Shown: one piece after another, positions 9,211 through 18,917 of the stretch | Layout of the letters: each line of letters opens with the position of its first letter | Position numbering within the stretch: the stretch's first letter is position 1 | Source of the DNA: a bacterium | GTDB taxonomy: Bacteria; Desulfobacterota; DSWW01 | NCBI GenBank assembly: GCA_040756235.1 | Contig: JBFLZG010000008.1 | Location: 1 to 64,000 of the forward strand | Reading direction: 5' to 3' | Length of the DNA stretch: 64,000 bases | The notes under the pieces: generated by a model | Seen by the model: only the letters and a program-made list of their open reading frames with translations | What the model was told of the DNA's origin: nothing | Databases searched by the model: none | Program-made: the position numbers and the translations under genes

Positions 9211-11586
9211 CTACACGTAGAGATCCAACCCGTTCCCGCGCGCCGGCCGGCTCGCAGCTCGCTGCGGCGCGCGCCCGCCGAGGGCCTCCGGCGGAGCCGC
9301 GCAGCTCGGAGCCGGAGGTCTTTCCGACTGTCCTCTGTCGTCCGCAGGGGACGCAAACCGCTGGGAGCCCTGGTCCACGGAGACGTCCAGGCCCTGCATC
9401 TCCAGACCCGCCGCCTTCAAGCGGTCGGACAAGATGCCCTGGTTGCCCTGGATCAGCTCCTGCAAGCGACGGGTGTCTACGACGGCTTCGGCTGCCACCG
9501 TCTTGCCGTCCTTCACCTGGAGATCCCAGTGCATCCTTCCCAGGCTCTCCTCCTCGATCTTCAACGTCACCCGGCCCTCGCCTGCACGCATCGCCCCTTT
9601 GGGCGCCGGCGAAGGAAGATGGAACACCGGTTCGGATCCGGGCGCAGCCGCCGCCCGACTGTCGCGCAGCAGGCCGTCTCCTGCGCTCCGTTCCTGCGCG
9701 GCCCCGGGCAGCCTGTCGGTGCCGAGCCGGTCCGCCGCCTCCGTGGAGGATGGGAGGCTTTCCACCTCGGCGGCGTGCTCTGCTGCCCCGCTCCCGGATG
9801 ACGATGCCTGCTGCTGCAGGCGATGCATTTGGGCCTCGTTGGCGCTCGAGCACCGGGCCGGATCGAACGAGGTCTCCGGCTGGGTCGACCGAGGGTCACC
9901 CGCAGTGCCGAGCCGCCCCTCCAGCGGAGCTGCGTCGGAGGCTCCGCTGTGGGCCGCGCGGCCATCGAGGTCTGAAGAGTGGGAACGCCCCGCCGGAGAA
10001 GAAGAGAATTCCGCCCGCTTCCGGACATCGGCTGATTCCGGAAGCTTTGGCGCGCGGGAGATCTGACCGGCCGAAGAGGGGCCTGGGGCGGCCAGGAGAT
10101 CCTCGGGGACGGAGAAGGGCGCGGGGACCTTCACCTCGGAGCTATCCTTCCCCTTCCCCTCTCCGCCAGTCTTGGCGAAGTCCGCCATACCCTCCCGGGC
10201 GTCCGGACGGAGATCTGTGCCGATTCCTGCAGGGACCGGCTGCTCCTTGGCGCCGGGCCATGCTGTTGTTCCGCCTGACAAGAGCACCTCGACTGCTTCA
10301 GGAAGCCATGCTTCTGTAGAGGCCAGGACCCGGCCTGCTTCCGCTGCCAGATATTCAGTGGCGCCTGCGCTTTCTCCCATGCCCGGGCCCGCAGTCGGCG
10401 CATTGGCAGAGCCTTCTCTGCCTGTGATCGGCGCACGCGCGGCGGCCGTGCTCGCGCCCCGAGGCATTGCGGTCCCGCCGGCAGCGCCCTCCGGGTCGGC
10501 CCCTGAGTCCATGAATGCCCGCGGCGGCCCGGCTCCGAGATCTGCGGGGGTCTCCCCGGCCTCTGGACCCGGAGCCAGCGATGCGTTTTGGCCGCCTGCG
10601 CTCCACCCGGTCCCAGGGCCCGCGGTCTGGACATCCACCGCGGCTCCTGCGGCAGAAGTCGGGGTGCGCGCGGCCGCCGTGCTCACGGCCCGAGGCAATG
10701 CCGTCCCGCTGGCAGCGCCGCCCGCATCGGGGTGCGACTCCCCGAGCACCTGCGGCGAGCCGGTTCCGAGGTCCCCGGCGGCTGGTTGTGCGACGTCTCG
10801 CACTGAGGAAAACAATCCAGCCACGGAGGCTCCTCCGCCGGAAGTCGGGGGGCACGCAGCCGCCGTGCTCACGGCGCGAGGCAATGCCGTCCCGCTGGCA
10901 GCGCCGCCCGCATCAGGGTGCGAGTCCCCGAGCACCTGCGGCGGCCCTGCTCCCGCATCCTCGAGGGCCGGCTGTCCGAGATCCCGACCCGAGAGGAAGA
11001 ACTCTTCCCGGGCTCTTCGGCTGATCCCCGGGCCCGCGGTCCGTGCATCCGCGGGACCTCCTCCGGCAAGGACGAGCGCACGCGCGGCTGCTGTGCTCAT
11101 GGACCAGGGCACCGCGGTCTCGCTGACAGCGCCGCCCGGATCGAGGGGCGAGCCGGCGGGCGCCTGCGGCGACCCTGCTCCGACATACCCGAGGACCGGC
11201 TGTGCGGACGCCGCGCCCACGGGGAAGTCTCTTCCCTGGTCCGCGCCCCATGCGTCCTGGACGTCCGTGCTCAGGCCGACTCCCGCACCCGCGGCCCGCA
11301 CAGGGGCGGAAGCGGCCGGCATGCTCGTGGGCCAGGTCGTCTCCATACCGCTTGCGGCACCCTGCGGATCGCGCTGCGAGTCCCCGGGCGCCTGCGGCGA
11401 CCCTGCTCCGAGGCACTCGGACCGCTCCTCGAAGCATGGACCGGCCCCCGAGATCGCACGCTCCAGCACGGACTGCCACGGAGAAGGTTCGTGCGCAGCC
11501 GGCCCGTCCGGGCCCGCGCACGCGCCCGGGGTGCCCGGGGCGGCCGCCGTCTTCAACTGGAAAATCCAATCAGCCACTTGCATCAT
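9211..11586 (-). CDS. fliK: Flagellar hook-length control protein FliK, about 791 aa with internal repeats
   Basis: Long Ala/Pro/Gly-rich region, then a C-terminal switch-like domain (VTLKIEEESLGRM...LSDRLKAAGLEMQGLDVSV) ending LDLYV. Directly upstream of flgD. Start placed downstream of the sigma54 motif. Confidence 0.88.
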   Translation of the reverse strand: MMQVADWIFQLKTAAAPGTPGACAGPDGPAAHEPSPWQSVLERAISGAGPCFEERSECLGAGSPQAPGDSQRDPQGAASGMETTWPTSMPAASAPVRAAGAGVGLSTDVQDAWGADQGRDFPVGAASAQPVLGYVGAGSPQAPAGSPLDPGGAVSETAVPWSMSTAAARALVLAGGGPADARTAGPGISRRAREEFFLSGRDLGQPALEDAGAGPPQVLGDSHPDAGGAASGTALPRAVSTAAACPPTSGGGASVAGLFSSVRDVAQPAAGDLGTGSPQVLGESHPDAGGAASGTALPRAVSTAAARTPTSAAGAAVDVQTAGPGTGWSAGGQNASLAPGPEAGETPADLGAGPPRAFMDSGADPEGAAGGTAMPRGASTAAARAPITGREGSANAPTAGPGMGESAGATEYLAAEAGRVLASTEAWLPEAVEVLLSGGTTAWPGAKEQPVPAGIGTDLRPDAREGMADFAKTGGEGKGKDSSEVKVPAPFSVPEDLLAAPGPSSAGQISRAPKLPESADVRKRAEFSSSPAGRSHSSDLDGRAAHSGASDAAPLEGRLGTAGDPRSTQPETSFDPARCSSANEAQMHRLQQQASSSGSGAAEHAAEVESLPSSTEAADRLGTDRLPGAAQERSAGDGLLRDSRAAAAPGSEPVFHLPSPAPKGAMRAGEGRVTLKIEEESLGRMHWDLQVKDGKTVAAEAVVDTRRLQELIQGNQGILSDRLKAAGLEMQGLDVSVDQGSQRFASPADDRGQSERPPAPSCAAPPEALGGRAPQRAASRPARGNGLDLYV
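10430..11412 (-). repeat. Five intragenic in-frame repeats in fliK
   Basis: The core cc(t/c)gcggc recurs at 11391, 11163, 10935, 10749 and 10518 (spacings 228, 228, 186, 231 nt). Encodes GAGxPQxxGDSxxDxGGAASGTAxPxxxSTAAA. Confidence 0.9.
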
Positions 11587-11648
11587 GGTCTCTGCTTCCA
11601 ACGACCTCCGCCCGTGAGCTGCGGCACAGGCGGCTGACCGGCAGTGGA

Positions 11649-11663
11649 GCAAGGGCCGTGCCA
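11649..11663 (-). promoter_or_regulatory. Sigma54 promoter for fliK-flgD-flgE
   Basis: Minus strand TGGCACG-GCCC-TTGC, a perfect -24/-12 consensus, 63 bp above the fliK ATG. Confidence 0.9.
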
Positions 11664-11825
11664 ATGGGTGGTCAGCACAAGGGCCTGAATTCTGCACGGC
11701 ATTTCCGAACGCAGGGGCTGAACGATACGGGAAGATTCTGCCGGCCGGGTAGAAATGTCCCGGCAGGCCCGCCTCCGCGAGGTGTGGCGCTGCTTGGCTC
11801 GGCCGGCGGGCGGGCCCTTCTTCCA

Positions 11826-11963
11826 CCTTCTCCCCTCCGCGCGGGGAGAAGGTCAGGATGAGGGGTGCAGTCTGCTCCTGTTTCCCCCTCACCCTGTCCC
11901 TCTCCCCCGTCCACGGGGGAGAGGGAATTCATGAATCGACAGCCCCTATACGGGGGAGAGGGG
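11826..11963. repeat. CCCCTCACCC/CCTCTCCC-type palindromic repeat cluster
   Basis: ccttctcccctccgcgcggggagaaggtcaggatgagggg and cccctcaccctgtccctctcccccgtccacgggggagaggg. Same family at 17545..17641. Confidence 0.8.
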
Positions 11964-12086
11964 ATTCGACCAGCGGGCTTCGGGAAACAGCGACTGGATT
12001 CGGGCCTGTGTCGTGGGGGGCACCCGATGGGGCAGGGTTCAAACCTACCCTTGCCCTGGAGTGACGGGGAAGGCGGGTAAGGGGAC

Positions 12087-12689
12087 TCACGGAACTGCGG
12101 CAGCGCTGTCCTTGCGGCTCAGCCGCACGGTCAGCCGGCTGGCCTTGTCGGTGGACATGGCTCCGAGCACCTGTCCTGCCTGACGCGGGTTCATGCGGAG
12201 AAGGAGCGAGGAGCTGACCTCGTCGTCCATCGCTTCCAGCCTGCGGGCCGCGAGCTCCGGCTCCATGACTTCATAGATCTTGACGAGCTTGGCGTCCTGC
12301 TCGCTGTCGTGCTGCTCCAGGCTCTTGTACATGGCCTCGACGCCGGAACGCACGTCCGTGAGCTGACGCAGCCGCTCCTCCACTTCTTTCCGGTAGAGGA
12401 CGAGTCTCTTCTCCTTCTCCTCGAGGAGCCCGGCCTTCTCCCGGAGCCTTCCGCTCTCCTCTTGAATGCTCGCCAGGAGCCCGGCCAGTCTTCCTCGACA
12501 GCACGTCTCTTCAGCGGCGACCGCCGGTGCCGCCGGTTCGCCTCCCGTCTCCGCTGCGGTGGACGCAAAGCAGGTGCCGCGCTCCTGCTGGGACAGCAGG
12601 GCGGACAGGATCCATCCCTTCACCGCCAGAAGCACCAGCAGCAGCACCAGGAAGACGCTAGGCCTTCCGATTCCTTTGAGAGAACTCAT
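12087..12689 (-). CDS. MotE/YlxF/FlgY-like flagellar protein (TM, coiled coil, MgtE_N-like repeats)
   Basis: KLVKIYEVMEPELAARRLEAMDDEVSSSLLLRMNPRQAGQVLGAM. Conserved position after fliJ. Confidence 0.85.
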   Translation of the reverse strand: MSSLKGIGRPSVFLVLLLVLLAVKGWILSALLSQQERGTCFASTAAETGGEPAAPAVAAEETCCRGRLAGLLASIQEESGRLREKAGLLEEKEKRLVLYRKEVEERLRQLTDVRSGVEAMYKSLEQHDSEQDAKLVKIYEVMEPELAARRLEAMDDEVSSSLLLRMNPRQAGQVLGAMSTDKASRLTVRLSRKDSAAAVP

Positions 12690-13083
12690 CGGTCACCTTC
12701 TGCTCCAGCACGCGCTGGCAGCGCTGCATGTCCTTTTGATGACGCTCCTTCAGCCGTCCGAAACGTTTCCTCTCCGTGTGGACCTCGCGCAAAGCCCGGA
12801 CCTTCTCCTGGATCCGGCCGCGCAGCGCCTCGTCGCGGCCTCGGGCCAAGCGTGTGCGCTGCAGCAGGACCGCCAGATAGTCCAGGGCATGCCCCACCTC
12901 CCCCGCGAGCTCTTCCTGCTGGAAGGAAGACTCCACCCGCCGCCGCTCCTGCACCAGGGCCTGCACCTCCTGACGCACGGCCCTGCGCTCCGTTCTCAGG
13001 CGGCTCAGGTCCTGCTGCAGACCGTCCAGCCGCTTCTCAACCACTTCCAGCAGGGTCTCGTAGCGGAACGGGGAGCCTTTCAT
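12658..13083 (-). CDS. fliJ: Flagellar export protein FliJ
   Basis: FRYETLLEV at the N-terminus, 141-aa coiled coil, EQKVTDE at the end. Follows fliI. Confidence 0.88.
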   Translation of the reverse strand: MKGSPFRYETLLEVVEKRLDGLQQDLSRLRTERRAVRQEVQALVQERRRVESSFQQEELAGEVGHALDYLAVLLQRTRLARGRDEALRGRIQEKVRALREVHTERKRFGRLKERHQKDMQRCQRVLEQKVTDEFSQRNRKA

Positions 13084-14396
13084 CCGATCTCCTGGACCAT
13101 GCGGCAGAGCGCGTCCAGCGAGTCCTTCAGGGAGACGGCCTGCTCCGTCGTCTGTCGCAGGTAATCATCGATGCGCGACCTGTTGCGCATGGCCCGATCC
13201 ACCTCAGGGTCGGTCCCTTCCTTGTAAGCTCCGATGGAGATGAGGTCCGCCGCGCGGCGGTAGGCGGCCATGAGCGCCTTGATCCTCTGGGCCGCGGCTC
13301 GGTGCTCCGGGCTCACCACGGAAGTCATGACCCGGCTCACGCTCTCCAGGACATCGATGGACGGGTAGTGTCCCTGGGCGACCAGATCCCTGGAGAGCAC
13401 GACGTGGCCGTCCAGGATGCTGCGCACGGTGTCCGCGATCGGATCGCTCAGGTCATCGCCCTCGACCAGGATCGTGCAGATCCCGGTGATCGATCCGCTC
13501 CCGGAGGTATTGCCAAGGCGCTCCAGAAACATCGGGAGCATGGAGAACACCGAGGGCGGGTAGCCTTTGGTCGCCGGGGGCTCTCCGACGGCCAGCCCGA
13601 TCTCCCGCTGCGCCATCGCGAAGCGGGTGATCGAGTCCATCATGAAGAGCACCTTCTTGCCGCGGTCGCGGAAATACTCGGCAATGGCCATGGCCAGGAA
13701 CGCGCCCCGCTTGCGCAGGAGCGGAGGCTGGTCCGAGGTCGCCACCACGACCACCGACTTGGCGACCCCCTCACGGCCGAGGCTCCCCTCCAGGAACTCG
13801 TTGACCTCCCGGCCCCGTTCCCCGATCAACGCGATGACGTTGACTTCCGCCTCGGTGTTGCGCGCGATCATGCCGAGCAGCGTGCTCTTGCCGACTCCGC
13901 TGCCCGCGAAGATGCCCAGCCTCTGCCCCTGTCCGCACGTCAGCAGCCCGTTGAGCGCGCGGATCCCGAGATCGAGAGGCTCGAAGATCCGCCTGCGGGT
14001 CATCGGGTTCACGGGCGTCTGATAGAGCGGGTAATCGACCTCCCCGCACGGGGGCCCCTTGCCGTCGAGCGGATGCCCGAGCCCGTCGATCACCCTGCCC
14101 AGCAGCTTCGCACCCACCCGGACGACGTTCCGGCCGCCCTCCATCTGGATCAGGCTGCCCGGGCCGATCCCCAGGATGCCCTCCAGGGCCATGAAGAAAA
14201 GCCTCTTGTCCTGGAAACCGACGACCTCGCCGTGGACCCGCTTGCTCCCGTCCACCGAAAGGATGGAAGCCTTGGCGCCGATCGGCGCCCACACCCCCGT
14301 CCCTTCGATCAGGAGCCCGACGGCCTTGGATACCTTGCCGCGCACGACGAAAGGATCGACCCCTTCCAGGCGCTCTCTCAGAACGGTCCAGTTCAC
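13080..14396 (-). CDS. fliI: Flagellar export ATPase FliI
   Basis: Walker A AGSGVGKS, ALIGERGREV, MMDSITRFA, GEPPATKGYPPS. GTG start overlaps the fliH stop. Confidence 0.97.
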   Translation of the reverse strand: MNWTVLRERLEGVDPFVVRGKVSKAVGLLIEGTGVWAPIGAKASILSVDGSKRVHGEVVGFQDKRLFFMALEGILGIGPGSLIQMEGGRNVVRVGAKLLGRVIDGLGHPLDGKGPPCGEVDYPLYQTPVNPMTRRRIFEPLDLGIRALNGLLTCGQGQRLGIFAGSGVGKSTLLGMIARNTEAEVNVIALIGERGREVNEFLEGSLGREGVAKSVVVVATSDQPPLLRKRGAFLAMAIAEYFRDRGKKVLFMMDSITRFAMAQREIGLAVGEPPATKGYPPSVFSMLPMFLERLGNTSGSGSITGICTILVEGDDLSDPIADTVRSILDGHVVLSRDLVAQGHYPSIDVLESVSRVMTSVVSPEHRAAAQRIKALMAAYRRAADLISIGAYKEGTDPEVDRAMRNRSRIDDYLRQTTEQAVSLKDSLDALCRMVQEIG

Positions 14397-14986
14397 GCGC
14401 TTCTCAACGCCTCCTCGATCTTCTCCAGCGCCCTCTCGATCCTGGCGTCCACGGCGCATCGATCGGTCTCGACCACGCATCCTCCGGGGGAGATCGACGC
14501 GTCCTCCGCCAGGAACAGCTTGCCCTCGATGCCGTTGTTCTCGCGCAGCGCGGGCAGCGCTTCCTGCACGGCGGCCAGGTCTTCGGGGCAGACCCGCACC
14601 ACGATCCTCTCCTCGCCTTTCACCTGCTCCAGAGCGGCGGCAAGAACCCCCTCCAGGCTGGAGCGGTTGGTCCGGATCTCGTGGCGCACCACCTTCTCGG
14701 CGATGCGCAGGCTCAGGGCCAGCATCTCCTCCTCGAGTCCCGCATACAGATCCTGCCTCGACCGCTCCAGGCTGCGGGCGAGATCCTCGAGCCGGCGCCG
14801 GACCGCCTCCACGCGCTCCAGGCCTGCGGCGAACCCGGCCGCCTCTCCCTCGCGGCAGGCCTTTTCGTAGGCCTCCTGTTCCGGAGACTGCGAGCGCTCG
14901 CGGGAGCTCGCCCGGCGCGGGACGACGGAGAAATCGTGATCGAAGCGGAAGGGCCGCACCTCCGCGCCCTCGGCCGGCTCAGACAT
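14393..14986 (-). CDS. fliH: Flagellar assembly protein FliH
   Basis: GxxxG repeats (GEAAGFAAG), IVVRVCPED, ISPGGCVVET. Between fliG and fliI. Confidence 0.93.
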   Translation of the reverse strand: MSEPAEGAEVRPFRFDHDFSVVPRRASSRERSQSPEQEAYEKACREGEAAGFAAGLERVEAVRRRLEDLARSLERSRQDLYAGLEEEMLALSLRIAEKVVRHEIRTNRSSLEGVLAAALEQVKGEERIVVRVCPEDLAAVQEALPALRENNGIEGKLFLAEDASISPGGCVVETDRCAVDARIERALEKIEEALRSA

Positions 14987-15971
14987 AGACCTCCTCCCCG
15001 GACTTGCCAGGCAGGTTGATCTTGCCCCCCTGCTCGAGGGCCTTCACGGTCTTGACGAACTCCTGCTGAGCCTTCTCGATTTCCTTCAGGCGCACCGGCC
15101 CGCGCATCTCCATCTCCTCCTGGATCACCGCCGCCGCCCGCTCCGACATGTTGCGGAAGAACTTCTCCTTGACGTGCTCGTCCGACCCGCGCAGCGCCAG
15201 CACCACCACGTCCGAGGTGACCTCCTTCAGGATCGCCTGCAACGTGCGGTCATCCACCTCGAGCAGGTCCTCGAACACGAAGAGCTGCTCCTCGATTCTC
15301 TGGGAGAGCGGCTCTTCGATCTTGCGGATCTCTTCCAGGATCCGCTTCTCGGTGCGCGTATCCATGCGGTTGAGAAGCTCGGCAGCGAACTTGACGCCGC
15401 CCAGGTTGAACACGGCGCCGGTGCTGTTCTCGGTGACGTGGTCGCGCATCGCTTCCTCCAGCTCGCCCAGCACGCTCGGATGGATGTCCTCCATGGTGGA
15501 GATGCGATACAGGACCTCTCCATGCAGCTGCTCCGGCAGGTGCTCGACCACCTGGCTCGCCTTCGGCGAATCCAGCGTGGCGAGCACGAACGCGATGACC
15601 TGGGGGTGTTCTCTCTTCACCAGGTCCGCGATCATGCGGGGGTCCATCATGCGCACCGCCTCCAGGCCCGCTTCGCCTCCGTGGAGGAGGAAGTTCTCCA
15701 TCATTTCGGAGGCCTTTTCCGGCCCCAGGGTCCGCGCCAGCACGTTCTTCATGTACTGGCCGCCGTCCATTCCCATGACCGAGTGCTCTTCGGCGATTGC
15801 GATGAAGTCCTTCGCCACCACCTCGACCTCTCCGGTCTTGAGCTGCTCGAGCTTGACCATGGCCGAAGTGACCTTCTGGATCTCGGTCTGCCTCAGGTGC
15901 TTGAGCACTTCTCCGGCCATGTCCTCTCCCATGGCGAGCAGGAGGGCGGCCGCCTTTTCCAGACCTCGCAT
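14979..15971 (-). CDS. fliG: Flagellar motor switch protein FliG
   Basis: GLEKAAALLLAMGE, EHPQ, GGVK, LFVFEDL, NMSERAA, GPVRL. Confidence 0.97.
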   Translation of the reverse strand: MRGLEKAAALLLAMGEDMAGEVLKHLRQTEIQKVTSAMVKLEQLKTGEVEVVAKDFIAIAEEHSVMGMDGGQYMKNVLARTLGPEKASEMMENFLLHGGEAGLEAVRMMDPRMIADLVKREHPQVIAFVLATLDSPKASQVVEHLPEQLHGEVLYRISTMEDIHPSVLGELEEAMRDHVTENSTGAVFNLGGVKFAAELLNRMDTRTEKRILEEIRKIEEPLSQRIEEQLFVFEDLLEVDDRTLQAILKEVTSDVVVLALRGSDEHVKEKFFRNMSERAAAVIQEEMEMRGPVRLKEIEKAQQEFVKTVKALEQGGKINLPGKSGEEVYV

Positions 15972-15972
15972 G

Positions 15973-17493
15973 TCATCCCTCACGCAACCACAAGCGCACG
16001 ATTTGAGCGGCCCTGGCCGGGTCCTTGCGCACCATCTCGAGCATCCTTTCCCGGTCCTCCTTGGCCGGCAGAGCCTTTTCGAGCTGCTCCAGGCCCTGCG
16101 GAAGCTGCCGCTGGAGCTCGCTCATCCGCTGTCCGTCCTCGGCGAGCCTCTTCAGCAGAGGGCGCAGTACCGCGAGCACCAGGACCAGCACCCCGAGCAG
16201 GGCCCCGCCGTACCGCATCGCGTACGGGAGGAACCGCTCGACCCGATCCAGCGCGCTCGTTCCGGTCGGCTCCGCCTGCCCTTCCGGAAGCCGGCCCTCG
16301 AACGGCATGAACGCCACCTCCACCCGGTCCCCGCGTTTTTCGTCGAATCCGACCGCGCTCTTCACCAGAGAAGTGATCGTGTCGAGATCGGTGTCCTGGG
16401 CCTGGTCCTGCCGCCGGAGCAGAACGGCCACGGAGAGCTTCTGAACCGCGCCCGGCGCTTCCACGGTCCGCTTGGTCACCCGGTTGATCTCGTAGTTCAG
16501 GATCTTTTCCTTCTTTTCGGAAGGCGCCTCCTGCAGGAACCGGGCGGGCGCAGTCCGGTCCGGCAGGTTCGCGTCCAGGCCCGGCGCCGCTCCCTGCGCC
16601 GATCCGCCCATGTTCTCGGAGCGGTTCTGCTCGCTGCGCACCACCACCGCGTCGGGATCGTACAGCTCCTCGTGGCTCTCCACCTTGCGAAAATCGACGA
16701 CCGCCGAGACGCGCACCACGGCGTTGCCGCTGCCGGCGACCTTCTCCAGCATGCGGGTCACGCTCTGCTCGAGGCTCTTCTCGATGGCCTCCCGGTATTC
16801 GACCTGGTTGGACGAGAGCACGCCCTCCTCCCCGGTTTCCGTGGAACCGGTCAGGAGCCTGCCCTCGGTGTCGACCACCGACACGTTCTCCGGCACGAGC
16901 CCGTCCACGCTGCCGCTGACCAGATGCACGATCCCCTTCACCTGGGTCGGCTCCAGCCGGAGCGCGCCGCGCAGGCTGAGGACCACCGAGGCCTTGGGGG
17001 TGTAGGCATCGGCCACCGCGAAGGCGGAGCGCTCCGGCAGGACCAGGTGGACGCGCGCCCGCTCGATCTCCTTGATGCTCATGATCGTGCGGGCGAGCTC
17101 TCCCTCGAGCGCCCTGCGATAGTTGATGCCCTGCACGTAGCGGGAGGAGCCCCAGCTCTCGTGGTCGAAAATCTCGAAGCCGACCACCCCGCCCCGGGAC
17201 AGCCCCTCGCCGGCCAGGCTCAGGCGCAGCTCGTAGATCTGGTCGTGGGGAACCTCGATGACCCGTCCTCCCGCAACCAGGCGATACGGGACCCGCCGCT
17301 CCTGCAGGACGGCCACGACCTTCGCCGCATCCGCCTCCTCCAGGTTGGCGTACAGGACCCCGAAGTCGGGACGGCTCGCAAAGAAGCTGAACAGCGCGAC
17401 CCCTCCGGCCACGGACGCCAGCACGAAGAGGAGAATGATCTTCTTCTGCAGCGAAAGGGTCTTCAGACCCGTGAGGAGATCCAGGACTTGCAT
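15973..17493 (-). CDS. fliF: Flagellar MS-ring protein FliF
   Basis: GFEIFD, RALEGELARTI, ARVHLVLP, KASVVL, NYEINR, VGFDEKRGD, two TM segments. Confidence 0.97.
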   Translation of the reverse strand: MQVLDLLTGLKTLSLQKKIILLFVLASVAGGVALFSFFASRPDFGVLYANLEEADAAKVVAVLQERRVPYRLVAGGRVIEVPHDQIYELRLSLAGEGLSRGGVVGFEIFDHESWGSSRYVQGINYRRALEGELARTIMSIKEIERARVHLVLPERSAFAVADAYTPKASVVLSLRGALRLEPTQVKGIVHLVSGSVDGLVPENVSVVDTEGRLLTGSTETGEEGVLSSNQVEYREAIEKSLEQSVTRMLEKVAGSGNAVVRVSAVVDFRKVESHEELYDPDAVVVRSEQNRSENMGGSAQGAAPGLDANLPDRTAPARFLQEAPSEKKEKILNYEINRVTKRTVEAPGAVQKLSVAVLLRRQDQAQDTDLDTITSLVKSAVGFDEKRGDRVEVAFMPFEGRLPEGQAEPTGTSALDRVERFLPYAMRYGGALLGVLVLVLAVLRPLLKRLAEDGQRMSELQRQLPQGLEQLEKALPAKEDRERMLEMVRKDPARAAQIVRLWLREG

Positions 17494-17544
17494 CCGCACA
17501 CCTTCTGATCATGCAAACGCATTAAATGGTGATACAGCCTGTCA

Positions 17545-17641
17545 CCCCTCACCTCGATCCTCTCCCCTCGAAGGGGAGAGGAAGGAACGCAGCCGGGCTG
17601 TACCCTCGCCCCCGTGGGGGGAGAGGGCCAGGGTGAGGGGG
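17545..17641. repeat. CCCCTCACC-type palindromic repeat pair between fliE and fliF
   Basis: cccctcacctcgatcctctcccctcgaaggggagagg followed by the inverted copy ccctcgccccc...gggggagagggccagggtgagggg. Confidence 0.8.
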
Positions 17642-17688
17642 ATCGAAGCGCGAGATGGAATTCGTTCACGCGTCGGCATCCGTAACAG

Positions 17689-17982
17689 TTACACCTGCAT
17701 TTTGATGATTTCTTCATAGGCCTTCACGATCCGATTGCGGGCCTCCACCATCAGGCGGAACGACACGTCCGCCTTCTCCATGGCGATCATCGCCTGGTGG
17801 ACGTTGTCGATCTTGCCCGAGGCGATCTCGCTGGCCGCCTGGTCCGCGGCCTTCTGCAGCCCGTCCACGCCCGCGATGCACTCTTTCAGGTAATCCTGGA
17901 ACCCGCCCTCGGAGCGGCCGCGCTTCGCTTCCGGCAGCTCCAGGGTGACCTTCCCCTGTCCGACTTCGGCGATTCCGGACAT
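17689..17982 (-). CDS. fliE: Flagellar hook-basal body protein FliE
   Basis: VHQAMIAMEKADVSFRLMVEARNRIVKAYEEIIKMQV. Confidence 0.96.
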   Translation of the reverse strand: MSGIAEVGQGKVTLELPEAKRGRSEGGFQDYLKECIAGVDGLQKAADQAASEIASGKIDNVHQAMIAMEKADVSFRLMVEARNRIVKAYEEIIKMQV

Positions 17983-17987
17983 GACGC

Positions 17988-18413
17988 CTACCTCCCGATT
18001 TCCAGAGCCCTCTTGAGCATCTCCTTGGAGGCGTTGAAGCTCATCACATTGGCCTCGTAGCAGCGCACCGCGTCCATCATGTGCACGACCTCTTCGAACG
18101 GTTCCACGTTCGGGAACTCCACGAACCCCTTTTCATCCGCGTCCGGATGGCTCGGCATGTAGAGGCGCTTCAGGGGGCGGGGGTCCTCCACCACTCCGAC
18201 CGCGGCCACCTTCCGCACCTCCCGGCTCGAGCGCAGCGCCTCGGAGCCGTCCCGCTCCAGCGGCACGGCGGCGAACAGGACGTCCTGGCGCCGGTACGTC
18301 TCGCCCGCAGCGCTGCGCGTGGAGTTCGCGTTGGCCAGGTTGGAGGCGATGACGCGCAGCCGCCGCTGCTCGGCCTCCATTCCGGAAACGCTGATGGCAA
18401 ATCCGTCGAACAT
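17988..18413 (-). CDS. flgC: Basal-body rod protein FlgC
   Basis: ISVSGMEAEQRRLRVIASNLANANST, YRRQ, PSHPDADEKGFVEFPNV, YEAN. Start at MFDG. Confidence 0.96.
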   Translation of the reverse strand: MFDGFAISVSGMEAEQRRLRVIASNLANANSTRSAAGETYRRQDVLFAAVPLERDGSEALRSSREVRKVAAVGVVEDPRPLKRLYMPSHPDADEKGFVEFPNVEPFEEVVHMMDAVRCYEANVMSFNASKEMLKRALEIGR

Positions 18414-18421
18414 GCCCACTT

Positions 18422-18820
18422 TCACCCTCCTTGTATGGCGCGTTTGAGGGTCTGCAGCTTGTAGCCGACCGCTCTCAGGAGCGCCTGGTAGAGGTAGCCG
18501 TTTTCCACGAGGTGAGCGGCCTCCTCGGACAGACTGACCGTGTTCCCGTCCGCCCGCACCTCGGATTTCTTGACCACCACGTCCGGCTCGCCCCCTGCAG
18601 TCGCGGCCGGCAGGTGGGCGGAGTGCCTTCGCTCCAGACCGACCTCGCCCTGCCCGCTCCGGGCCCGGTCGAGGAGACTGCCGAAATCGAGGTCCCGGGC
18701 GCGATAGCCCGGCGTGTCCCGGTTGGCCAGGTTCGAGCTGATGAGCTTCTGCCGGGTGACGCTCCAGTCCAGTGCCTGAATGATGCGGTCGATCGGCTTG
18801 CCCAAGAGACTGTCCGCCAT
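18422..18820 (-). CDS. flgB: Basal-body rod protein FlgB
   Basis: RQKLISSNLANRDTPGYRARDLDF and RADGNTV. ATG at 18820 follows AAGGGGA. Confidence 0.96.
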   Translation of the reverse strand: MADSLLGKPIDRIIQALDWSVTRQKLISSNLANRDTPGYRARDLDFGSLLDRARSGQGEVGLERRHSAHLPAATAGGEPDVVVKKSEVRADGNTVSLSEEAAHLVENGYLYQALLRAVGYKLQTLKRAIQGG

Positions 18821-18854
18821 CGGATCCCCTTTCCTCAGCCACGGAGGCATCCAA

Positions 18855-18869
18855 GCAATCTTCGTACCC
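18855..18869 (-). promoter_or_regulatory. Sigma54 promoter for the flgB operon
   Basis: Minus strand GGGTACG-AAGA-TTGC (GG-N10-GC), 35 bp above the flgB ATG. Confidence 0.8.
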
Positions 18870-18917
18870 GCTCGAGTGCCTCGGAACGCCCCGCCCTGCG
18901 GCCGCGCGCGGCCTCCC

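Noticed and set aside
10430..11412. Possible CRISPR array
   Set aside because: The repeats are degenerate, in-frame within fliK and 186-231 nt apart, with no cas genes.
11587..11892. Upstream extension of the fliK ORF to 893 aa
   Set aside because: It crosses the sigma54 promoter and a palindromic repeat, so the start at about 11586 is more plausible.
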